Shown piece after piece: positions 52,216 to 64,000 of a stretch of DNA of 64,000 nucleotides. The notes under the pieces are model-generated. The model saw nothing but the letters and a program-made list of their open reading frames with translations. It was not told the DNA's origin and did no database searches. Made by a program: the position numbers and the translations under genes. The stretch comes from Chiloscyllium plagiosum (taxonomy: Eukaryota). Every line of letters begins with the position of its first letter. Position 1 is the first letter of the stretch. Location: assembly GCF_004010195.1 (NCBI RefSeq), contig NC_057750.1, positions 16,513,330-16,577,329 of the forward strand, in the 5' to 3' direction.

Positions 52216-52702
52216 CTTTTTTTGTACTTCAAAATATACTTTATTCATAAAAAGTATCTTGATATACGTACAAAGTCACAAATGCAGTTCAGTTCTGTAC
52301 AGTAGCTCATCAAGGAAACAAGCAAATACAGAGGAACCTCGATTATCCGAAGGACACAGGAGGGGAGGATTTCGTTCAGTTAAGCGAATGCCAGATAATC
52401 AAGGTTCCTCTGTATTGAAGTTTAATTCTATGCAAACAAACCAAAAACATCTCTTACCTGAACCAGACTTTACTTACATGCATTTAGCCATGAGGAGAAT
52501 CCGATAACTGAACAGACGACTAATTAACTTCAGTCGGAAGACCTCAGACAGTGGTCTTTCCCTTCTGTGCCTTGGCGGCAGCAGCCCAAGCTTTAATGTG
52601 TCCCTCACCTTGGAATGTGCCAGTCTGCAACAGTAAGTCAAGGTTAACTTATTGCCCTGGAAGACCAGCAGGGTTCGGGCAGACCAAATGTCTTTCACCG
52701 AG
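52216..52702 (-). mobile_element. Tx1/L1-like LINE 3' fragment (second family)
   Basis: VKDIWSARTLLVFQ..CCRLAHSKVRD C-terminal motif; AATAAA and poly(A) on -. Confidence 0.7.
52329..52412. mobile_element. 84-bp Tc1/mariner (Tigger/pogo-type) MITE
   Basis: 21-bp TIRs CAGAGGAACCTYGATTATCYG with TA on both sides. Confidence 0.85.
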
Positions 52703-53022
52703 TCTCATAAGAGATAGAAACTAGGTCGATACTACATTTCTGTATCACAGACTAACAACTCCTGTCAGAGATGGAAACAGTCATTTTTATATCAGTGAGT
52801 GGAGCTATTTCAAGGTTTCAGAGTTTAACTCTTTCAGACCAGCTACCTTATATAACTAGAGCTAAAAGTCAGGTCACACTGAGGTGTGATAAACATCTAC
52901 TTGAATGTATACAAGACTGCTTTATTCTTCTGACAAATCGCAATGCTTGGAAGGCCTGGATGATAAGTGCCATATGCCAACACCAGCACATTTTCCACCA
53001 GGTTTCACCAAGTTTGTAGGTA

Positions 53023-53243
53023 CAGTACTCCCCTGTATCCGCAAGGGATACATTCCAGGGCTTACCACGGGAGCCCTAAACTGCGGATAGGAGCGAACCC
53101 ATTCATTTAAATGTGAAATGTACCTTCCCGGCAGAGCCCTGGTCCATGGTTCTGGAAGGTTCTCTATAATATGTTCAGGCCACGGTAAACCATGGGTAAC
53201 TGAAATCGCGGAAAATGTTTCCATGGATATGGGGGTCGCCCTA
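53023..53243. mobile_element. Tigger-type MITE (MER44/MER2-like ends)
   Basis: TA|CAGTACTCCCCTGTATCCGC..GGATATGGGGGTCGCCCTA|TA; subterminal GGGATACATTCCAG and GGTAACTGAAATCGCGGAAA. Confidence 0.7.
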
Positions 53244-54275
53244 TATTTTCATCTCTTGGTGGATTTGATGTTTGAGGTATTACAAATTTACAGTAAGCTG
53301 TTCTACTTGGAATACCCACTGAAAGGACAAAATAAACGCTTATCGATAGCAAAAGCCACAAAAAATATAAAAGTGTCACTTGGTTAATTGTCCGTTACTA
53401 TGAAAAAGGAGTAATTGACTGATCAATAGGTCATGTCTGAATTTTAATCAGGATATGAATACCTGCTGGACCCAATGACTTTGATTGACTATCTGAGGCA
53501 GGACACTGTACAGTGAATCTGTTTGAGAGGACCAATGTTCCCTTTGCGTTATTCTATCGGGAATAATCCATTGGGTCATTTCATTACTCAGTTCCTGTTA
53601 CAGAAAGTTTTGCTAACCACATATTGGCATCATGAGGGAGACTTGAGTAATTGATCATTGTTGAAGAATGTGTTTACAGTAACATGGGATAGACCAGCTG
53701 GAACTCACCTTCATTAGCTCTGGGAAACAAAATTTTGTGGATTTTCATAGTTTACATCATCATTCCGTGTTAAAGATAATTTGAAGTATAAACAACAATT
53801 CTGTTGGCACTGTCCCTCAAGCACTTACAGTTCAGGCATAAAAGTCCCTCAAGTCCAACATCATGCTAAAACTTCAGGGTTAGAATACTCCTTGCCATTT
53901 ACTGGTCAATCCACTGTATAGCATTTTGAGTGAATTACATGGGTCTTACTTTTTATCCCTTAATTCTTTCACAGAATGGGAGCATCAGTAGTGAGTGCAG
54001 CATTTTGTTGCCCATCCCTAATTTTGCTTGAATAGAGTTTGTTTTCAGGCTATTTCTGAGGGCGGGGATCTGGAGTCCCATGTAGGCCAGACTGGGTAAA
54101 GACATCTTCCCTAAAGATCATTAGTAAAATAAATGGATTTTTTTTAGAACAATCAATTATAGTATCACAGTCAGTATTGGTGAAACTTGCTTTCAATTCC
54201 AGATTTATTAATTAAATTCCCACCAGCTGCTATGGTGGGATTTGAACTCATGTTCCCAGGATCTCTGGATTAGAT

Positions 54276-55200
54276 TCATAGAGTCATAGAGATGTGCAGC
54301 ATGGAAACAGACCTTTCAGTCCAACCTGTCCATGCCGACCATATATCCCAACCCAATCTAGTCCCACCTGCCAGCACCCGGCCCATATCCCTCCAAACCC
54401 TTCCTATTCATATACCCACCCAAATGCCTCTTAAATGTTGCAATTGTATGAGCCTCCACCACTTCCTCTGGCAGCTCATTCCATACATGTACCACCCTCT
54501 GTGTGAAAAGGTTGCCCCTTAGGTCTCTTTTATATCTTTCCCCTCTCACCCTAACCTATGCCCTCTAATTCTGAACTCCCTGACCCCAGGGAAAAGACTT
54601 TGTCTATTTACCCTATCCATACCCCTCATAATTTTGTAAACCTCTGTAAGGTCACCCCTCAGCCTCTGACGCTCAAGGGAAAACAGCCCCAGCCTGTTTA
54701 GCCTCTCCCTATAGCTCAAATCCTCCAACCCTGGCAACATCCTTATAAATCTTTTCTGAACTCTTTCAAGTTTCACAACATCTTTCCGATAGGAAGGAGA
54801 CCAGAATTGCACACCAATATTCCAACAGTGGCCTAACCAATGTCCTGTACAGCTGCAACATGATCTCCCAATGCCTGTACTCACTACTCAAACTAAAGCA
54901 TACCAAATGCCTTCTTCACTATCCTATCTACCTATGCCTCCTATTTACTTATCCCATCTACCTACGACTCTACTGCAGCTATTAACCTGCACTCCAAGGT
55001 CTCTTTGTTCAGCAACTCTCTCTAGGACCTTACCATTAAATGTATAAGTCCTGCTAAGATTTGCTTTCCCAAAATGCAGCACCTCGCATTTACCTAAATT
55101 AAACTCCATCTGCCATTTCTCTGCCCATTGGCCCATTTGGTCAAGATCTTGTTGTAATCTGAGGTAACCCTCTTCGCTGTCCACTACCCGTCCAATTTTT
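54276..55200 (-). mobile_element. CR1 (HER1-like) LINE, 5'-truncated
   Basis: LQQDLDQMGQWAEKWQMEFN..LERVQKRFIRMLPGL; close relative of 17949-18742. Confidence 0.92.
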
Positions 55201-56466
55201 TTGGATTGTTAGCTCAGTGACATTATTACGACTACTACATTGTCTCTCCGTCAGTGGATGAAGCTAAGTGCAGAGATGTGAAGCATTTGGATGAAAGAAA
55301 GAGGAGAAGCAAAATGAATCACATCCTATAAGTTTCAAGTGGTACAGGTCAGAAAAACATGTGAGTGTGGGATCATAATAGGCAAACTTTTGTCGATAAC
55401 AGGACAAGGTGATCAGGTTATTTACAAAAAGCCATCAAGTTCCAGATTAAAAGGATAATCATATAGTTTTGAAAATATAATAAGTTACACTAAATCTTTA
55501 TAAATCACTAAAAGCCTTGATTAGAGCATTGTATTCAATTCTCAACCCACACTTTAGGAAGGATAGTAGGGCTTTGGAAAGAATGCAGAAGAGATCTAAC
55601 AGAATTGTACCAGGGATGAAGAAATTTAATAACATGGGGAGGCTGAAAAAGCTCAGCATATTTCCCTTAGAGCAGAGAAGGTTAACAAAAATTGCAAGAA
55701 ATGTTCAAAATGAAGAAGGGATTTGATAGCATAAATAAAGGTTGGTCATTAGAGAAGACAGATTTAAGATAATTGGCAAACTGAAGAGAGGTTTTTTAAA
55801 CACTATAGTGAAAGTTTCTCTATTTATCATATTTATTATTTTGATACTTGCAGTTTAAAGTCAAAGAACCAAGTATAACTTCAAGTTTGGTTTGTATTTC
55901 TATCATGTTGCTGATTTGAGAAGGAAAGGATGTAGCTTAGTTTCATTTTTGAGTTCTGAGAGTAGCTCTGAAAATTTGTCTGGAAATTTGTTTGCGAGCA
56001 TTTAAATGAAGTTTTTTTAAACAACATTTGAGGTGGAATAATTAGAAAACAACGATAGAAGGAAGAGACAGGAAATAAATGGACTGTTTCCCAACAATTA
56101 GGGAAGACATTTGGAGATGAAAAAAGAAACAAGTTTCCTTCTGGAAAAAGAGAACCACCCAGAAGATGAGGTATTATGCAGATATTTGTCAGGGAGAACA
56201 GATCTGTGGCAAAGGTACCATTAGTTTGGCAGTCTCCCAGGCAGGGTAGACTGAAAAGTGACTAATGTCATGAAGTGGAAAGCTGTGGAAGAAGAATTTA
56301 ATGAATCCATATTAAAGAAATAAGTGAGTTGTGTTAGTTGTTTGTTTAATGGTCTCAGGAAATGACATTGACTAAGTAAATTGCACTAACTGAATGCAGA
56401 AGCTTTCTGGAAAGAAACCAAGTACAGTCTATCCAAATAAACAAGAAATTTCAAAGTGGATGCAGA

Positions 56467-56737
56467 GTGACCAGCATGAGGGGACATAGCTTTAAATTGA
56501 GGGCTGATAGATATAGGACCAATGTCAGAGGTAGTTTCTTTACTCAGAGTAGTAGGGGTGTGGAACACACTGCCTGCAACAGTAGTGACTCGCCAACTTT
56601 AAGGGCATTTAAATGGTCATTGGATAAACATATGGATGATAATGGAATAATGTAGGTTAGATGGGCTTCAGATTGGTTTAACAGGTCGGCGCAACATCGA
56701 GGGCCGAAGGGCCAGCGCTGCGCTGTAATGTTCTATG
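56467..56737 (+). mobile_element. CR1 3' fragment
   Basis: MRGHSFKLR..FFTQ; 3' CATCGAGGGCCGAAGGGCC..TGTAATGTTCTATG. Confidence 0.85.
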
Positions 56738-57417
56738 TGACTATTCACTTGAGGTTTAAGTATTTGTAATGTTGCCTTTAAGGGTAAAAGAGAAAATCTT
56801 TATTTCTGAGTTTTGTGATAAGACAATTTGAAATAGTTCAAGACAGATGTTTTTCTTCTTTTATGTGCATTGATGTTCTTTTGCTAAAAGTGCATTGGCA
56901 ACCTCTTGTGAAGATGTTCAGAGACTGACTTTCACAGTAACTAATCTGCTAAAGTAAAGCTTATGGGAAAATAGGAATGTGGGACTCCTTTGAATAAATC
57001 TTCAAAGATTTGGGACAGGTCTGTTGGCCCAAATGTAAAGATCCTATGACTGAGTGAAGTGCACTTGTTGTACTAAGTGGAGACTGGATGAGTTTATTTT
57101 AGTTAATGTTTGTGAAAGCAAAGTCTCCAGGTTATTGTGAAAGTGAGTATCTGTTAAAACCTAATGGATGACTTTGCCAATGACTCCTCCCAGCTATGCT
57201 GCATGTTACAAGCTTTTCCACTGTGTGTCCTTCTTCAGTTCTCTGTCCAAAGGCAGGTCTGACCCACAGCTGTGCGAGACCCTCCAAGCAGGCAAGTCCT
57301 GAATGCCTCCCAGAAAAAATGGGATGAACCCAAAGATGTTGACATTAATCTGATCCATATCTGCCAACTGAATCAATTAGCCACATCAAGGAGTTCAAGG
57401 TGCTGTGGCAAAATATG

Positions 57418-57740
57418 GGGTAGCACAGTATCTAGCATTGCTGCCTCACAGCACCAGGGATCCATGTTTGATTCCACCTTTGGGTGACTGTGTAGAGGTT
57501 GTACATTCTCCCTCTGTATGCGTGAGTTTCCTCTGGGTGATCCGGTTTTCTCCCACAGTCCAAAGATGTTAGGTTAGGTCGATAGGCCATAGCGTCCAGG
57601 GATGTGCAGGCTAGGTGAACTGCAAGGCTATGGGGATTGGGTAGGGGACCTGGTCTGAGTGGCTGCTCTTTGGAGGGGCAGTGTGGACTCAATGAGCCGA
57701 ATGGCCTGCTTCCACACTGTAGGCATTCTATGATTCTATG
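57418..57740 (+). mobile_element. HE1-like V-SINE
   Basis: TAGCATTGCTGCCTCACAGCACCAGGGA head, V-domain, TTCTATGA tail. Confidence 0.85.
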
Positions 57741-59552
57741 GCTAGTGATGGGAGAGGCTCCAATTTCTTTCCGTCACATGGCTGATCAGGAATCTCGCCC
57801 AATCCTACCACTTGTCATTGAAGTGTGATGGAAGGATTTAGAAGTTGATACTCAACCTATTTGGTTGTGCAATGAATGCACCTTCCTTGGCTGTCAAGAT
57901 CTGGAGTGGAACTTGAATGAACATTGCGCAAGAGTATTTCAGGCCATCTTGTTCTGACATCCTCGTGAAATTATGTCTCTAATTATCAGAGCATCCCACA
58001 TATACAGAAACATTCAGTTTCAATAACTTCATGATAATTATCAAAAAGTAACTGTAAAATCTTGAAAGAGACTACATTTATTTTCTCTCTGTGAAGATAT
58101 TGAAACATTTTAGTTGAGCGCTCATAACCTCCTGAAGTTGTTGTGATAGGCTTAGTCCTGACATCCTCTGATTCGATTGGTTATTGAATGTGAAAGAATA
58201 TTGTTGCCTCCTCAAGTAGGTTACTCAATTTTATCTTTCTTCCTGAAGGATGGTGTGGCCTTGAACACTAAACCAAGGTGCCACAATCAACAAGGGGACA
58301 AACGATCAGTTGGTCAGAATTAAAAACAGAAAATGCTGGAAATGCTCAGCCACTCGGCATGAATTCGAAACATCCATTACTTTAATTCTGTTTCTCTCTC
58401 CATTGACTTCAAGCATTTTCTGCTTTTATTTCAGATTTCCAGAACCTGCAGTATTTTGCTTTCAAATCAGATTTGGTGGTGTTGTATGTAAGTTGGAATG
58501 TTGGTCAGGATACTTTGAGAACTCCCTTGTTCTAATTTGAAAAAGTACCATGGGGGTTTCCACATCCACCTGAAATAGACATCACTTGATAGGGACAGCT
58601 CTGACAATGCAGCAATCCCTCAGTACAGCACATTGTAGCATTTTGAGTTCATGTCTCTGGATTGAATCTGACAATCACCCAATATCCCTCTACAGCCTTC
58701 ATCAGCAACAGTTAATCTTTATATTATCTCTTCAATGTAATGAAACGTCACAGGGTGCATCATTGTCTGGATACAGATGAGAGGAGATACTAGGACAGGT
58801 GTGTACAACGTCTTAGTAAAAGAGAGAGGTTGTTAAGAAGTTTCTTGACAGAGGAAAGTGAGGTTAGAGAGATAGAAAACTGTAGGAGGGAATTCCAGAC
58901 TTCAAAGTCTCAGCAGGTAAAGACACGACCACCAATGGTAGAGTGAAGGCAGAACTGAGTTTAGGAATTGGAGGAGGTTACAGCGATAGAGTGGGATGAG
59001 GGCATGGAGTGAGGAAAGGAATTAAATCGAAACATTGCAGGACTGAGTGACCATGCAAGTCATCAAGCACGGGAATGGAAGTTGGCAAGAATTAGGATAT
59101 AGGAAGTGGAACTTCGGACAAATTGAATTTTACAGTGATTCAGAGGGAGCACATTGGCAGTATCACGGTAACAAAGGCAGGGGTGAAAAATATGATTGTT
59201 TTCCACTGCTGGAAGGGGAACAGGACAAAACAAAGCTGTGGACTTTCCAGCGATGAATGTAACTCTACCCTAAGTAATTGGTGAGTTCTGTTCTGTGTTA
59301 TGGAGGCCTCAGTGAGGTAACCAGGGAAAGGGAAACCAGAGGGGTTGTTTCTTCAAAAGCAAAACTGAAACAGGATTGTTGATGCAAAGGATTTCTCAAC
59401 AGAATGATTCAAACTTTGTTGTTGTGGGAATTTCTGCTAAACAATTGAGAGTGAAACAAGTGGTTATGGTGATTTAATGAAGGGGACAGTTTGAAGTATG
59501 GGAGGCACGTGTAGATAGTAGGATCGTGGCTGGCAGTTAGTTTGGACGTAAA

Positions 59553-60416
59553 TGTGAAATAACTCCACAGAGGCCAGTATCCTGTCACCAAGTTACCCTT
59601 TATTTGCACTTGGAGAATCCTTGACACTTCTCCAGCTCCCTCTGAGCCAGCTCTCAGAATGAACAGAACCTCTGGGACTCCTATTGATTTGTTTTTAACT
59701 CCTGTTTATTTATTTTTTCTCTCTTTTTTTTCTCTTTTTTATTTAATCCCCACACTACCACCTAACTGCGGTAGTGCTTATTTTTTCCCAAGCACCCATG
59801 GTGTGTGTGTGCAGGTGTGAGACACAGTGAGAGACACAAGGTGTACGAATCTTTATTCGATTCCCACCACCAGGAAGATAGGAAAACACCCGAGTGGCCA
59901 GTGACAAGCAGTGCCCTTTACAAATGGCAATGCTGTGTGATCAAACAGTGAAGGTGAGGTCAGGGATTAAATCAAAATAGAGTTGGAGGGGGAAATAATG
60001 CACTCCACTCCCTGCAGCGCCCACCTCTCCCTGAACAACTCCAGGGCATTGGTGGACACCGTGTGCTCCTTCTCCAAGGACACCCGGGCCCTAACGTAAC
60101 CGCGGAAGAGAGGCAGGCAGTCGGCCCTAACAACCCCCTCCACGGCCCGCTGCCTGGAACTGTTTTTATGGCCAGTTTGGCCAGGCCCAGGAGCAGTCCC
60201 ACGAGGAGGTCTTCAGACCTGCCCTCCATCCTCCGTTCCGGATGCCCGAAGATCAGGCGCGTGGGACTGAAGTGCAACCAAAAGCAGAGAAGGAGGTTGG
60301 GACTCCTATTGATGTTTGTCAGCTAGGGATCCCTGATTGGACCAGATTAACAGCCCCATATCAGGCAATTCATAGTCTATGATGTCTGCCTGGCTGACCT
60401 TGTTACCATCACGACG
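59553..60416 (-). mobile_element. 3' LTR of Gypsy element, interrupted by a Tx1-like LINE
   Basis: Follows the purine tract AGAGGTGAAGGGA on -, contains AATAAA on -, ends ..TTTCACA. Confidence 0.55.
59689..60297 (-). mobile_element. Tx1/L1-like LINE 3' fragment
   Basis: HFSPTRLIFG..LLLGLAKLAI; 16-bp TSD TGGGACTCCTATTGAT at 59673-59688 and 60298-60313. Confidence 0.88.
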
Positions 60417-63400
60417 TCCCTTCACCTCTGAGTCTGACGACATGGTCTGGTTCTGTGTTTTTGTAGCTCCTCCTGGGGTATTGTAGCACTGGTTCAGGTT
60501 CCTCCAACTCTGCCTCAAAAATGGGCAGTGTGTAACACACAGTAGTTTACCTCTTGCACCTGGAGCATCTCAAAAGAAATTTGTTCTCTTCTTCAGGATG
60601 CAAAGCTGCCATGGCCACCTAACATTCCGAGGTGTTTTCAGAGCTTGACAGAGAGGGAAAACCCATGTTCCAGACCAGTTGGTAAAGCTGTCAAGGAGCC
60701 AGGCATGTTTTGCTCCCACACTATTTGTGAATTTGCAGCTTTAATGTCGCCTACGAGCTTGTTTGGTACTGTTACACCTATTCAAACTTTATGTGACACT
60801 GGACCTGAACTTGCGATGACCATGTCTCTTATCCATGCAGGGCCATTCCTGTGGTTCCTTCACCAGACTCCATCCCCTGAAGCAAACTGACTCTCTCACT
60901 TAGCAGAATCTTGTATCCAGCATTGCCATTCCTGATCACGTTTTACCATCCCCCCACCAAGTCTGGGAAGATCAGATTAAACTTGGTGCATCTCTGCTGT
61001 AGCTATCCTTCTAGTTGCATGAGCAATGGCCCAATAATCAAATAGGAACCGGGGCAGTTTGTGATCTAGTTAAGCTGTACGCTTTTTCTTTAAGCTTACT
61101 TTCAAAGTTTGGACTACTCTTTTTGCCAGACTATTGGATGATGGATGGTATGGAACTGTCCTTAGATGTCGAATACCATTCAACTTCGGGAAATACTCTA
61201 ATTCTCTGCTGGTAAACGATGGCTCGTTATCTGTGACCAACACTTCCGGGACTTGGTGTGTTGCAAAAGATGCGCTCAGTTATTCTGTCGTCGTTCCTGT
61301 GTTTGACGAATGAACTCTTTGCACTAACAGCCACTTTGAGTGGGCATCCACAATGACTAAGAACACTGAGCCCATAAAAGGACCTGCATAGTCAACATGT
61401 AAATGAGTCCAGGGTTTATCCAGCCTTTCTGACGAATATGGGGGAGCTGTTGGCGATGATCTTTGTCCTGTTGGCACTTCCCCGCCAATGCAGCTATGTC
61501 TGCATTTAGTCCTAGACACCAAACATAATTTCTCGTCAACATCTTCATTTTGGAAACCCCTGGATGACCCTGGTGGAGTTCAGCCTGTATCTGGCAGCGG
61601 CCTTTACTCGAGACAATCACTCTTGCTCCCATTAATGATATGCCGTCTTCTCCTGTGATCTGGGCTCTTTGGGTCCAAACAGGTTTAAATTGTGGTTGTC
61701 CAGAAAATGTAAAACCGTTATGGACTCTTCCAGTGGTGGTACTGTCAGTGGTGTATCTGCCAACATGAGTTGGCTCATAGGAGATCCGCATTTACTACTA
61801 GGCCTCCCGGACAATATACCAACTTGTAATTATACGCAGTTAGCATTAGAACCCACTGCTGAATTCGGCCTGAAACCATGTGTGGCACGGCCATATCCTT
61901 TTTATGTAGACATGGCAGGGATTTGTTGTCTATTTTTATTACAAATTTAGTCTGTAAAGTATTGGTGGAACTTACCAATTCCAAATCGATTGCCAAAACC
62001 TCCTTCTGTATCTAGTACATATTTACCCTCTGCATTAGCCATAGTCCTGCATATGCAATTGGGAGTTCCTCTCCTACTTGGGCCACCTATGAGCTAATAC
62101 CACCCGAATGCCGTACGGAGAAGCATCACATGTCAATACCAGATCTCATTTGGGATCATAACATGCCAACATCTGAGGGGTTGATAGCTGTTTTTTCACT
62201 TCTTTGAAAGCTACGGCTTAGCTACGCACCCATTTCCCAGAGTGACCCTTTTTTAAGAGTTGATGAGAAGATGCCAGGATGGAGGCAAGGTTATGTATGA
62301 ACTTTCTGTAATAACTCACCAGCCTGAGGAAAGACCTAAGCCCCGGTACATGTGTGGGAGCTGGGCACCTTTAATTGCCCTCACTTTATCTTCCAACAGG
62401 TGTAACATGGTCTTGTCGACTCTGTAACCCAAGTAGGTTACTTGGGGTAAGTGTTGAGAGTGTGGTGCTGGAAAAGCAAGGCAGGTCAGGCAGCATCCAA
62501 GGAGCAGGAGAATCGACGTTTCAGGCAAGGCTCCTTCATCAGAAATGAGGTTTGTGAGCTGAGGGGATGGGGAGATAAATGGGAGAGGAGGGTGGGGCTG
62601 GGGGAAGGTAGCTGAGAGTGTGATAGGTCGATGGAGGTGGGGGTTAATGGTGATAGGTCAGAGAGGAGGGTGGCAGAAATGGCGGAGGATAATGCGATGT
62701 ATGTGGAGGTTGGTGGGGTGGAAGGTGAGGACTGGGGTGCTCTGCTCTTGTTGCGGTTGGAGGGGTGGGGTTCGAGGGCAGAGGTGCAGGAAGCGGATGA
62801 GATGTGCTGGAGGGCATCATCGACCATGTGGGAGGAGAAATTGCAGTCTTTGAAGAAGGAGACCATCTGATGTGTTCTGTGGTGGAGTTGGTCCTCCTGG
62901 GAGCAGATGTGGCAGAGGTGGAGGAATTGGGAATAAGGGACAGCATTTTTACGGGAGGCACGGTGGGAGGATGTAGTCCAGGTAGCTGTGGGGGTTAGTG
63001 GGTTTGTAGAAGATGTTTGTGTTGAGTCGGTCACCAGTGGAGTTGGTCCTCCTGGGAGCAGATGTGGCAGAGGTGGAGGAATTGGGAATAAGGGACAGCA
63101 TTTTTACGGGAGGCACGGTGGGAGGATGTGTAGTCCAGGTAGCTGTGGGAGTTAGTGGGTTTGTAGAAGATGTTTGTGTTGAGTCGGTCACCATTGATAG
63201 AGATGGAGAGGCCCAGGAAGGGGAGGAAAGTGTCTGAGATGATCTAGGTGAACTAAAGGTTGGGGTGAAATGTGTTGGTGAAGTTGATGAACTGTTTAAC
63301 CTTTTCCTGGGAGCACGAAGTGGCGCCATTACAGTCATCAATGTAGTAGAGGAAAAGGTAGGGAATAGTGCTGGTGTAACTGTGAAAAATGGACTGTTCC

Positions 63401-64000
63401 ACGTAACCGACAAAGAGACAGGCATAGCTGGGGCCCATGCAGGTGCCCATGGCTACCCCTTTCATCTGGAGGAAGTGGAAGGATTCAAAGGAGAAATTAT
63501 TGAGGGTGAGGACCAGTTCAGTCAAACGAATGAAAGTGGAGGGGTACTGGTGGGTATGCCGGGATGTCTGGAACACATATATTTCCCTTCTAAGGCGTAC
63601 ACCCACTTGGGAGAAACATCTGAGGACTGTGTCCAAGTTCTCTAAGTGCATCCTATTGGCCTTAGCTGTTATTAGCAATTCATCTCGTTAAATGGTGACC
63701 TGGAGTACACCTTGTAAAATGTTTTCCATCATCAGTTGAAAAATTGCACAGGCTGATGATACCCCAAATGGCAGTCTCGTATATTAGTACAAATCCTTAC
63801 AGATATTAATTGTAGCCTACTTCTGGGGACCCTAATTTAACTGCAATTGCAAGCATGCATGGCTCATGTCCAACTTTATGAAGGACAACCCCCCTGCCAA
63901 CTTTGGGTATAAATCCTCTTAGGCAAGGGATTGGTATTTGTCCAGCTGTGAAAAGTGGTTTACTGTTTGTTTAAAATGGCCACAAAGGCGAACTGACCCA
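60417..64000 (-). mobile_element. Decayed Gypsy LTR retrotransposon pol (RT-RNaseH-integrase), continuing beyond the window
   Basis: LPFGVSSACAIFQ (RT), CDASPYG (RNase H), ELHQGHPGVSKMK and LHVDYAGPF..VDAHSKW (integrase); order RT-RH-INT. Confidence 0.9.
62449..63556 (-). mobile_element. PLE family A (RT remnant and pseudo-LTR) nested in Gypsy RT
   Basis: QMKGVAMGTCMGPSYACLF..YIDDC Penelope-type RT; pLTR with hammerhead near 62515-62542; splits Gypsy ..YVFQ / PQVTYLGY. Confidence 0.9.

Noticed and set aside
61280..62130. Endogenous retrovirus or domesticated integrase gene
   Set aside because: Motifs are Gypsy-type, no env is seen, and there are many stops and frameshifts.

Overview
Eukaryotic, vertebrate-type genomic DNA, most likely from a shark. 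This is inferred from HE1-like V-SINEs, Deu-domain (SacSINE1-like) SINEs and HER1/CR1-type LINEs. It is not prokaryotic: there are no operons, no intact host ORF and no CRISPR array. Most of the 64 kb is nested, decayed transposons: CR1, Rex1/Babar-like and Tx1/L1-like LINEs, two Penelope-like (PLE) families, several tRNA-derived SINEs, two Tc1/Tigger-type MITEs, probable Harbinger relics and a truncated Gypsy LTR element. It also holds a ~40-copy 24-bp minisatellite. Main points: (1) about 15 PLE ends carry minimal hammerhead-ribozyme cores (CUGANGA-stemII-GAAA-palindrome-NUH) of two types. (2) A non-repeat-looking ~145-nt inverted pair (40727-40871 / 43315-43461; 24-nt perfect core, G.U-biased on +) brackets a strong 51-nt cassette-exon candidate (41797-41847) followed by UGCAUG. 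This suggests a long-range RNA duplex acting on splicing of an unidentified + strand host gene. Repeat boundaries are approximate unless a TSD is quoted, and family names come from recalled motifs, not a database search.
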